Source: the human T2T-CHM13v2.0 reference genome, Homo sapiens. Taken from it: a stretch of DNA of 64,000 nucleotides. The notes under the pieces are model-generated. The model had not been told where the DNA came from. It saw nothing but the letters and a program-made list of their open reading frames with translations, and did no database searches. Positions within the stretch are counted from its first letter, which is position 1; the number at the start of each line of letters is the position of its first letter. The stretch lies in assembly GCF_009914755.1 (NCBI RefSeq), contig NC_060929.1; one strand, written 5' to 3'. The translations under genes and the position numbers were made by a program. Below, piece by piece: positions 51,250 through 64,000 of the stretch.

Positions 51250-52950
51250 TTCTCCCTTCCCTGCTATACTTTCCACTATGCTCTCTGGAATTCCTTTTCC
51301 ATGGTGGAAAGGTTCCCTACATTCTCTTTCATTGAATATTTCTTTTAGCTATTGTCGTCAACTGAACTTTGGCTCTCTCAAGAGGATTCTGCTTCCCCTG
51401 CACCTTCTCTTTCCTGCAGATCTCAAGCTGCCATTCCAGGCTCAGGACTCCTTCATCCCTGTGGAAAATCTCCAGCTCCTTTGGGGCCTGGGCTTAACCC
51501 ACTCTCCTGATTGCTTTCAGGTACTCCCTGCTTCTCACACTCCCATATTTCAACTCTAGCGTCCCCCAACTTCATTGGGTTCTTCATCCATTAATGCCTC
51601 TGCTTCTCACTGTTACCACCTCCACATCTCAACTTTCTCACATCTCTCTATGCCCAGTGTAGATTCTATGGCCCAGGCCAATAATCATTCTCTTTCAAAC
51701 TCTTTAATATCCTTGTATCTCTCCCATGTTGTACCCATATCCAAGCAATTGAACATCTCTGGAGAAAAATCACACAACCCCCTTGTCAAGGCTCACTTCA
51801 AATGGATGACCATGAATCTCAACGGACATGCAAAACTGCCAAGTCATTCTATTCCCCTCCTCTAGTAATTCACTTTCTGTCTCCCCAAAGGCAATATTTC
51901 ACACCTTTCCTTCTTGTGGCCTAAGCTCCTCTTTGCCTACTTATACCTCATAGTGAGAATAGATATAATCAGAAGAGAGCCACCTTATCTTCTCAGCATT
52001 ATTCTAGAGCCTCCTGACTTCTGTACCCACACTCTCTGCCTTTGCTCTGTTACTATGGGAAAAGAGAAACTGCCCCTTTCCACTGCCAGCTCCCTCCCTT
52101 GTGCTCTGAATCCTAAACTCTTTCTTCTCAAGGATGACTCCTGAAGCAACACCCTTTCTCTCTTGCATCATTATGTCTCCTTGCCATAGGATTCTTCCCA
52201 TTGGTATACAAGCACCTTTATTATCAACTATCTTGAGAAACTTTCCCTTCAAAGATTTTGAACCAGGCAGTTCACAGACAAGTACAAACAAGTATCTTAA
52301 ATATTTGAAAAGATACTCAAGTTCACTAATAAAAAGAGTAATACAAATTAATACTACATGGAAGTGCCATTTTAAACCTACCATATTGGCAAAGATATAA
52401 AAGTTTGAAAGCACATAGTATTGGGAAGGGTATGGGCAAAAGGGCCCTTTCATACTGTGCCATTGAGAGTAAACAGATACAACTTTAATGAAGGTCAATT
52501 TGGTAAAATCTAGCAAAATTATTAAATTGCATATGCCCTTTGACTGGGCAGTCCCACTTCTCAAGTTCATCCTATATTGGACGTGTAAATGTTAGAGTAC
52601 CCCAGGGCTTTGTCTTTGACCCTGTTCTCTTCTGTGTCTACATTCTCTCCCTAGGTGGTTCTATCCAGTTCCATGTTTTTAAATATCTTTAATATACCAG
52701 TGACTCTAAAGTTAGCCTTCAGCTGAGAAACTCCTCTGCACTCCAGGCTAGTTTATCTAAACCAGCAATACGATAATTTTATGGTATCTCAAACTTTCAG
52801 GTAGTCCAAATAGGATTGATTTTTTTCCTCTCCAAATCGTTACCAAGCCTTTTTCATTTCAACAAATGATACCACTGTCTTCCCAGCTTCTCAGGCCAAA
52901 ATAACCAGTGATGCCTTTGATTTCATTTAGTCCTGAACTTTTTGCGTCTA
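51250..52950 (+). mobile_element. L2 fragment split by an L1ME piece (~52260-52570, +)
   Basis: Pyrimidine-rich L2 text (ctggagaaaatcacacaacc; taaatgttagagtaccccagggc; ctccctaggtggttctatccagttccatg); L1 text aaagatactcaagttcactaataa...atgccctttgact. Confidence 0.6.
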
Positions 52951-54794
52951 TTTATTTCCTGACTTTATTCCATTTTGAACTTAGTTTAACTCAAAGATAC
53001 TGACTTTGTTCTTCATACACGAATTTCTCTCTTAAATTTCCCCTTTGGACCTGAAGCCAGTTAACATATTCCAGACTAAGAGTTGGTTCCTCTTGACCGT
53101 GGTCTTGGCTAGTTACCTCTCTCTTGCCTTGTCTGTTTCCAGATATCTCTCCTAGTCTTACCTGGTGAGCTTCCTTCCTCTGGCCACCACCTTGCTTTAG
53201 CTATTTGGGCAAAATGCAGAGAATGCTAAGCAAACTCTTGAGTGACTGATATGGAAGACTTAGAATGCCAGTGTATTAATTTAGAATGATGAACTGTAAC
53301 TGCCAAGCAAATTGGAAAGCTTGTGTCAGCTGATAAGAATTCAGGAAGATTACTGGAAACCACCTTATAATGAGAATATTACCTGGTGAACCTAGAAGCA
53401 AAGCAAAAGAGTTAAATCTATCTTAAAGGTAACATCCAGCCTTGTGTGGCCAACTCCATGCATATTCCTACCAGTTCGACCAGTCACGCTGTCATCTTGT
53501 CTACTAGAATGTAGGGTGTCTAAGAGCGGAATTCATGTCTTTTATGCCTTCAATAAGTCCAGTGTTTAGCAGGTGGATAAGTACTCCAGAATTCTCTGCC
53601 CTGGATGATGCTATGGGAGCACTGCCTAAGTCTGCCCTCTGACTCCTATCTTTCTCTGATCTCTGCTATTATCTCTCTTTTGTTGATACATTCTTTCAGA
53701 ATTATTCAAAGCAGAGTTGCTCTCTCTCGACTTTGGGCCTTAGATATTGTATACTAAGGTGACTTCTGAGCAAATGTGATCCTGACTACTTTGAGTTGAT
53801 TTCACCAGTTTCATATGAGGCTCTGCCTCACCGTCATGTCCATGTACTACCTAAACTACTCATTGGCCTAACTGTGCTGCCAGAAACTAGAAGGGTAAGA
53901 TGTCTGCTCATACCTGCTCATACCATGTGGACTTCCACATGGTAAACTTTGAACATTTCATAATTTGTAAATACTTAGAATACATCATAATCACAAATAT
54001 TTAAATATGATTGACTTAAGACTTTTCAAAAAATGTAACTGATCTTCAGTTACATTTACAAATGCAAATTTGCCACTAAAGAATGTGCCACAAAATCTGT
54101 GAATAGAGTTAACTTTTCTCATAGGTGAAACTACAACCAAAAAAATACGCCTTGTAATTCGCTAAATGTATGATATTTTGTAAGCTTGATAGGAATAATT
54201 TAGTAGCAGCAAACGAAGACTACTAATTTACAAAAGATTTGCAGTTGCATTGTTGTTGCAACAATTATAATTGGTTTCTAATTATAATTACTATTATGAT
54301 TAGGCTAATAGGATGAAGATTTTTTTAATATATGAAAATTTTTATTCAAATCTCATTCTTACGTTTATGTGTAAAAGAATTTGAGAATGAAAATAGCACT
54401 ACCTGTATATGATTGGGATCTTGTTGTGCCTGAGAAGAGGACTTTAGGCCCCTTGCAGCAGGGAATAATTTTTCAGACTAGACTATAGCTCACCAGAGGC
54501 CTTCTGCAAGAGAGTGGATCTCTCAAGGTGGAGGGACTCTCTTACGAGGTGGCAGCTAACCCTCATTGAGACTCCCATGGGGAAACAAGTGCAAACTGGC
54601 AGCCAGGCAAGAGCATACAGGATAATCTTCTCCTGGGCCCAGAGGACAGGGATCATGTGTGTTTCATTCTCCACTGTATTACCAGTACCCAGCCAAGAGG
54701 AACTCCAGTGCACCTTGCACATAAGAGGCTCCTGTTAAATATTTACTAAATAGCATGGATGAAGACATGTATTTCAGAGCTTTTATTTTTATTT

Positions 54795-55265
54795 ATTTCT
54801 ATTAACAAATTACCTAAACTTAAATGATTTAATACACTTATAATCTTACAGTTTCAGTGGGCCAGGAAATCAGGCATGGCTTAGATGAGTCCTCTGGTTC
54901 TGGGTCTCTCACTGGGCTGACGTCATCTCAAGGCTTGATGGGGAAGGTTGGCAGGACTCAGTTCCTCACAGGCTCTTGGACTGAGAGGCCACCCTCAGTT
55001 ATATGCCATGTGGGCTTCTCCATAGAACGTCTTACAATATGGTAGCTTACTCTATCAGAGCCAGGATATGAGAGGGCAAGAGAGAATGCCAGCAAAAGAG
55101 AGTGTTAGTAAGGTAGACATAACAACCTTTTGTAACCTAGTAATGGAAGTGGCTTCCCATCACTTTAGCCATATTCTATTTGTTAGAAGCAAGACAGTAG
55201 ATCCAGCCCATACGCAAGGGGACACAAGGGAATTATTGAACCGTTTTAGAAAGCTGCCTACCAGA
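54795..55265 (-). mobile_element. MLT1 (F/G-like) MaLR LTR
   Basis: taacaaattacctaaactta...cagtttcagtgggccaggaaatcaggcatggcttag...cccatcactttagccatattctatttgttagaagcaag...gctgcctacca. Confidence 0.8.
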
Positions 55266-55445
55266 CCTTGAGTTTTTTCAATGGTGATATTCTCAGAAAG
55301 AAAAAATTAATTTTTATATATCTTTAAAAAACACTTGAATTAAATGTCATGTTTGTTAAGAAACATCAGCTCATTTTGTCCTGAAACAAAGGCTAACACT
55401 GATAAATACAGCACCTGCATTGACCATATTTTAAAAATATTTCCA

Positions 55446-55822
<377 letters not shown>

Positions 55823-56566
55823 TTAATCAATGTTTAGTGATGATAGAATGTATAATCGAAGAGCCAAGGATAGAAATCAAATTGCCTTTCTGCAGAAAGA
55901 TCCTCAACAATTGAAAAACTGCTCTATAAAACTAAAGAACAGCTTGATGATTTAGAAAATAGAAACTGCAGAAATATTCTGTAGATCCTAGATATGTCCC
56001 CACTGCTTATTACCTTGTCTGCTTCAGAGTAAAAAGGAAGGGCAACAAAAAGAGATTCAACTTAGTGAATTTCGCTCTGGCCTGGAGCCACCCTGGCTTA
56101 AGACTATTAGCTAAGTATATCCTGGTCTAAAAATAAATCTTCTACCCTCTTATTTTCAAGTAACTTTCCTTTTTCATACCCAGACCAGAGAAGAGACATA
56201 TATTATTAACTTACATCCAGACTTTGATAGATTCTTTAATGAATGGATTTTGATGTTCTGATATGGTAAAATTATGCATCACATCCACAATAATAGTATT
56301 GTTTTAAAATACCAGAATCAAGTAAGCCACCTGAGCAACTTGTGAGACTTCAAGCATGCTAATTAGGTATGAATAGAATGGGAGATCAATGACAGACTGG
56401 CAACACTTCAGCAAAAGCCACTTCTAGATACTTGCCTTATGACCAGGAAATGTCTTACACTAGCAATAGATTATTGTAATATGCCAAACCAATAAAACTC
56501 ATGCTATTAGGAGTTTCATTAGATTTATTTGAGTCCACAGCTATAAGAATGAAGATGGTAGCAACA

Positions 56567-56890
<324 letters not shown>

Positions 56891-56949
56891 TTACTTGAAA
56901 CCTGTTTTATAGAAGCAGAATCTTAACCACTCTGTAAGAATGCTTAGGC

Positions 56950-57100
56950 CTATAGTAAAATTGGGAAGATCATGAGTTTTGCAATCAAACAGACATCAGT
57001 CTCAGCCCAGCCTCTTACTAGCTGTTTGGCCTTGGGTAAGTTACCTAACTCCCTTGGAAATTCAGTGTCCTCCTATATAAAATGGGAGAAATAATGGTGG
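56950..57100 (+). mobile_element. MIR
   Basis: cttactagctgtttggccttgggtaagttacctaac...cagtgtcctcctatataaaatggg. Confidence 0.7.
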
Positions 57101-57484
57101 TGATGGTGATGATGACCACAACGAACATTGTTAAGCATTTGTTATTTACTAAACACTGTGCTATTTATGTGCATTAGTTCATTTACTACTTTTATTACAT
57201 AGTAATATTACATTTACTATGTGCTTATATATTATATTACCTTATAATTCTTATAAGGTATAAATGCAATCTTATCCCTTATATATCCTGTCATATATAT
57301 GTGTATGTGTCAGAAGCTATTTTTTGCCACATGAATCTTTTGTGACAAATTGTAGAATATATATGCATATATATACACACACACACCCATATACATACAC
57401 ATATAGGGCATAATATTGATTGGCAGCAGTTTACACAGGCAACATGCTTTACATGCATTGTCTCATTTAATTCTCAAAACAGCT

Positions 57485-57801
<317 letters not shown>

Positions 57802-57841
57802 CAGCTGCATAAGGAAGGTTATAACAGAACACTGTTCTCTC

Positions 57842-57844
<3 letters not shown>

Positions 57845-57878
<34 letters not shown>
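57845..57878. repeat. (AC)17 microsatellite
   Basis: Direct reading of the sequence. Confidence 0.96.
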
Positions 57879-57880
<2 letters not shown>

Positions 57881-59629
57881 CACACGTACAGGAATTATTT
57901 TAACCTATCAGTTACATGGTGGTTTCACAGGTTTCAACTTCATCAACCCAGAACCACAATCACAGATTTTGGCTAGACTCTGACTCTCATCTACTAGTGA
58001 TAACAACAAGTTCCCTGTGGAAGTTTATAGCCCCACAGATTATCAGGGACCATTTTTGCTTTCTGTACCATGTGGTTCTTTCCTGCTACAGATTCAAAAT
58101 GCTTTTTTGTCCATTCCTAATACTTTTCATTTATACTGATTTCTTTGATGAGAATAACCTTAAATTCATATGTCTTACTTTCATCCTAGGGAGTTTTTTT
58201 TGTTGGTACAGAATGATCATTGCTATTATAGTTTGCTTTTATTAAACAGGTTCAGTTGTTTTGGTACAGCAGCCAGGCGGGAGTGGTGGAGATAGACCCA
58301 TCATCACTGGGATATGTCATTTTCCTTCATCTCCATTTACTAGCCAGATCTGGGGCTATTTTTACATGAATCCAGAGTCTCTGTGTTTTTTTTCTCATAT
58401 GTAGTTAACAATCTGAATGACACATTCTTTATAGTACCACAATAATTCCGTCCATTACATCACTTAATTTATGGGAGTGCTAACACCAAAATCGATAAAC
58501 ATTATTTCTGAAATGTCAGGAGTGTTAATGGTGTGATTAAAAAAGAAAAAGATTCTAAAATCTCTCTGCACAGAGCTCTTTGATATACTGTTGTTGAGGC
58601 GCACCTAACCCAAGCTGTGATATGGAAGACTTAAATCATTAAGACTCTGTCAAGTTTAAAAATGTGTGTTGGAAGCTATTTTTAGCTGCACGAATCTTTT
58701 TTGCCATATTGTGGAATTCTGTTAGTGGAGAGAGGGAGAGACTACATGTCTCAGAGAAGATTGTCTCAGGTTGTTTTGAGACATATCAACAGTTGCTAAG
58801 GAACCGTCGCTAATGCTTCTGGGAAATTCTGTAATATCTTACTTAAAAATTGGGAGAAATTTTTACAGAGCAAAGCTTCTTAGACAAGGAAAGCATATGA
58901 AGAGTGATATTAGAGAACAGTTTCAAACTGGAAAAAGTATTTTAAAGTTTTCTAGAAGATTGAGTTTAAATGGGGTTTCATAGTACCATGTACACTGTAA
59001 TCGCCTCTTGCAGAATCCTGAAAGCTTTCATTTACATCTGATTTTAGAACAAGTAGTATTTTAAAATCTGGTCACATTTGAGTTTATTTTCCATGATTGA
59101 TGCTTTAAAATGGAGATTAGTACTTCTTTTCACACAGAGAATTAATTAGCATGCTAGGATGGCGGTTCCACTGATTCCCTTCTCTTCTGGTGAAAATCTA
59201 TGTTAATAGGAAACATTTAATAGGCACTGACTGTTTACTAGGTCCTGCAGACACATAGTGTTGGCATGTAATGGTATTATATTATAACCCAAATAGTCCT
59301 CTCATATTAGCCGTGTCTTTGTAGCTAGTGAGACTTTCACATGCCACAAGACTGTGCTGAGGCTTATGTTGCTTAGGAGTCAGACTAGGAGCCTAAAACC
59401 AATACAGCTGCACCATCCTGGCAAGGACTGTTGGGCCAATCACCAGCAACACCTTCACATCCATTAGCTGCTGCCCACCTGGCCACAGAGAGAAGACTCA
59501 CCTCACATTCATTACTAACATTACTTTTAGCCAAGCCAATTTTAACTATACTGTTTGCTCTACATGCTTTAATTACTTATGGACTTATTAGAATCTGAGA
59601 AGGGAGTAGAAGTGATTTATTTTTTCCTC

Positions 59630-60351
<722 letters not shown>

Positions 60352-60404
60352 GGATTTTTTTTAAATCACAAATGCAGTGTGTTTTAACTTCTCTCCCTCA
60401 TGTA

Positions 60405-60846
60405 CTCCATCTCTCTCTCTCTCTCTTTTTTTTTTTTAAGATGGAGTCTTGCTTTGTCGCCTAGGCTGGAGTGCAGTAGCGTGATCTTGGCTCTCTGCAA
60501 GCTCTGCCTCCTGGGTCCCTGATGTACTACTCCATCTCTCTCTTTCTCTCTCTTTTTTTTTTTTTGTTAAAGATGGAATCTCGCTTTGTTGCCCAGGCTG
60601 GAGTACAGTAGCATGATCTTGGCTCTCTGCGACCTCTGCCTCCTGGATTCAAGCAATTCTCCTGCCTCAGCCTCCCAACTGGGACTACAGGCACGTGCCA
60701 CCATGCCTGGCTAATTTTTGTATTTTTAGTAGGGATGGGGTTTCACCATATTGGCCAGGCTAGTCTTGAAACCCCTGACCTCGTGATCCACCGTCCTTGG
60801 CTTCCCAAAGTGCTGGGATGACAGGCATGAGCCACTGTGCCCGGCC
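60405..60846 (-). mobile_element. AluS with a tandemly duplicated 3' end
   Basis: Partial copy ~60405-60515, then full element ~60530-60846; TSD tccatctct before both copies and after 60846. Confidence 0.9.
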
Positions 60847-62009
60847 TTCCATCTCTTTTATGGTTTCTATATATACATGCTGTTTATTGACTTCAGGCCT
60901 TTGCTTCTGTGCTTCTCTCTGTCTGGAACACCTTTCCCGCCTGGCCTAGGTTTCCTTTCTCAGCTAGCATGGCTCCCTTCTGGGCCCTGTGATGCAATAC
61001 CTCTGCATTTCTCTCTTTAGCATTCCCAGCTGGAAACTGTTGTTTCCAGAGAGATGTCAAGGCATCTCTCTCCTACTGAATTACAACCTCTTCTACAGTA
61101 GGGGCTATATTTTGTTTTGTTTTGGGAAACATTCATAAGTGGTTTGTAACCTCTTCATAACATTTATTAGGACTAATAAATGTTCAATGACATGACTGAT
61201 CTGATAGAGCTCTTGAAAAACACTATGTACACTTTTTGCCTTCTGGTTGCAGATCAGGTACCAAGTGCAGTGATAATTTAGAAGACACCCATATGTTAGA
61301 TAATCACAGGGACAGAGCAACCTATACACCGTGTCTTGGTGTGGCCACCATCTATTACTCTGAGGCTTTTCCAGCAGCCAGGGAAGCCAACAGCCAAGAC
61401 AGCATCAGACCATTTGATAGGACTCCGAAGCCACCATTTATTTGATAGGACTCAAAAGCCACAATGTAGAGATGGTTCAAGAATGTGATGCTGGCAATAT
61501 AAGATATAGGCATGCAAAAATATATTTTGAAATGAGTAAAAATAATGATAGCAGCAACCAAATGCTACTTTCAGACTGTTATGTGCTAGAGGAATACAGA
61601 GGAGATACAGATGGCCAGCAGCCCTTGAGTATATTGTTAGCAAACTCAGCATTAATTCTGAGTCTGAAGCCCTGACTTTGCACTCCAATCAGAATATTAA
61701 CCAAAGAAACGTTTTGCTAGTCTTTTAGTGAATATGTTAACAGAAAATCTTGTATCGGAGTTGCATTAAAGGTCATGCTTGAAGTAAGCCAAAATGTGAT
61801 ATTGATTAGTGCATTTCTTCCTAAGTTAAAGAAACAGAAGTTAGAGAAAATGTCTGATGGTTTGAAGAGTACTCTCTCCCCAGTGTTATAGAAAGAGCAG
61901 CAGCCTTCTTGATTTGTGATTTTGTGCTTGTATTTTTCCTCTGCCATGGCAAGACAAAGTATAGTTAGTGGTACACCAACTTCCCAATTTAATAATGAAA
62001 CTAGTTAAA

Positions 62010-62270
62010 TGGGAAGTGGTATAAAATAGTGATTAAGAGCCTTTGATTTTACAGCCAAACTGCCTGGATCAACTGTTGGCTTTTCCAAATTAGTTGTGAA
62101 TACTGGAGCAAGGTACTGAGCCTTTCTATGCCTTAATTTCCTCATCTGTGAAATGGTGATCCTAGTAGTACATCCCTCATGAAGTTTCCTGGATTAAATA
62201 CAATAGTAAATATAAACTATTTAGAATAGATCCTAGCACATAGTATGCAATCACACTGGCTAGTACTGTT
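62010..62270 (+). mobile_element. MIR
   Basis: agtgattaagagcctttga...gccttaatttcctcatctgtgaaatggtgat...cctagcacatagta. Confidence 0.72.
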
Positions 62271-64000
62271 ATTAATGATCTTGTCTCAAATTGATGATGA
62301 ACATAATTTCCATTAATTTATTCACCAAATTCCAAATTAACACTACTATGTGTTAGTATAGAACATAAGCTCAAATAACAAATGATGTTATATTTAAATA
62401 GAGAAAGATTCATATATGTATTTTTTGCCATCAAACAATCATCATTTGGTGGGCCATCTGGTAGTGATTATAGTTTTATGGAAATTTGCTGCTGAGGTAA
62501 ATAGCTACCACGTGGAGATTGCCCCAGGTCTGGGAAGGCAGAAGACATTCTTCAGGATTTCAAAGGCACATCAGCTGTGCAGTTGCACAGGCATGAATGG
62601 AACTGTACATGCCAGGATAACAATCAGGGCATATTGTTCTTTCAGGTTTCAAAGAAAACAAGTATCATACTTAAGAAGTGTAGTCACACTACCCGTGATA
62701 TAGTCCTAAGAATAGTGTTGTAATTTGTATGCCGGGTACTTGGTTTTAACAAGGCATTTAATTCTGTTAAGCAAGTTGGTAGGTTGGAAAATCTTTCAAA
62801 GGCAGGCTGTGTGTGGAAGTTTATAAGCAACATTTGTTTACTCTGTGAGGAAATGATGGTGAGAGTTATAGATGCAGACGAGAGATAGCAAATGCATTTA
62901 CAGTCACTAATAGCACCAAACAAGGCTGCAGTTGTATGCCATTATCATTTGCTATCTGTTTTTTTGTTTGTTTTAAGATGTTCTTTGTTGCCTTCAAAGA
63001 TTGCACTTCAGGTATTAACACTAAGATTAGGTCAGAAAAGAATGCATCCAATCTCTACTGTATTTAGATGGAAAAAGCAAATTATTATTTGGAATATAAA
63101 CAATCTTATTACATATTGTCTGCATGCCAATGTCTGCACACTTGTGGCTCATAGTCACAATGATGAATAACAGTGGTTAGGTTGGTTTACTAAGTTGTGC
63201 ATCACTTTGGTCATATTATCAATCCTTAAGCAGTGAAAGACTCTCCTAAATGTCTATAGATCGCCCTTGAAAGTTAGAGATAAGTTTCATCATCTTGGTG
63301 GCATCATCTTTTGCAATCAATCACCAATAACCAACAAATAGAGATTTAGTGGTGGTGTATATAAACAGCACTATGAGAGACAGCATTGTTCAGGAAACAG
63401 AAATCTATGGCATGGTCTTCTTTCCCCAAAGATGGGGCAATAATGCACAGATTACACAGAAGAATTAATCAATAATAAAAAATTACATAATGAAACAACC
63501 TTTATAGTCTTATATAGATGTTACAGGCACATATATATGATAAAGTGCTAGGTCACTGATAGAAATTTTAAGTAGAGAGTTTGTTTATTATGAACTGAAA
63601 TGATTCTAGAAAGATTTGAGAATGAGAGAGAGAGGCTTGATACTATCTTAGAATATTTGGTAGATGAGGAAGGAAATGAGGGAGTATTCGAGATAGGGGG
63701 ATGAACCCAGAGGTGAGGAAACACTAGTCATCCTGTGACTAGAGAGCAAACCAGAACAAGAATATAAAATGCATGTGAAGCCAGCCTTCTAAAAGTAAGG
63801 ATTGCATACCTTTGGAAATAACCAGCAGTCGGCCAGGGTGTGACAAGGCAAAGGATGACCATGGGTCGACAGAATATGAGAATAGTAGAACCTTTGTTGT
63901 TGTGTTTGCTGCTATGTATTTAGGGCTTAGAATAGTCCGGGGCATGGTAGGTGCTTAATGAAGCCCCCACTCTTTTCTGTGATTAGGGGCAGTCTGATAG

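Noticed and set aside
52004-52570. Longest ORF in the track (188 aa, - strand)
   Set aside because: Antisense reading across an L1ME fragment and L2 sequence; no recognisable domain or splice context.
54542-54556. CTCF-like ttacgaggtggcagc (and acatcaggtggctg near 24702)
   Set aside because: Three mismatches to the core consensus; too weak without ChIP data.

Overview
This is primate (almost certainly human) genomic DNA, AT-rich and repeat-dense, from inside the autophagy E2-like enzyme gene ATG10 on the + strand. Two internal coding exons are clearly supported: 4209-4347 (139 nt, EAFELPLDD...YFRASFL) and 18300-18397 (98 nt, DGRPLTL...WDTITQQ). They join in frame across a ~14 kb GT-AG intron. 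The next exon, which carries the catalytic HPC cysteine, is not in the window, so the downstream intron exceeds 45 kb. The rest is intronic: Alu/FLAM/FRAM, old L1M and L2 fragments, MIRs, MLT LTRs, MER DNA transposons and microsatellites. All other ORFs in the track look spurious or repeat-derived. I found no convincing new biological system. The most notable signals are a perfect 71-bp tandem duplication, an 81%-identical 53-bp dispersed copy inside a microsatellite, a tightly spaced inverted-Alu cluster, a post-insertion duplication of an Alu end, a weak donor followed by intronic poly(A) signals, and a few candidate regulatory sites. Repeat subfamily names and the boundaries of old repeats are by-eye estimates.
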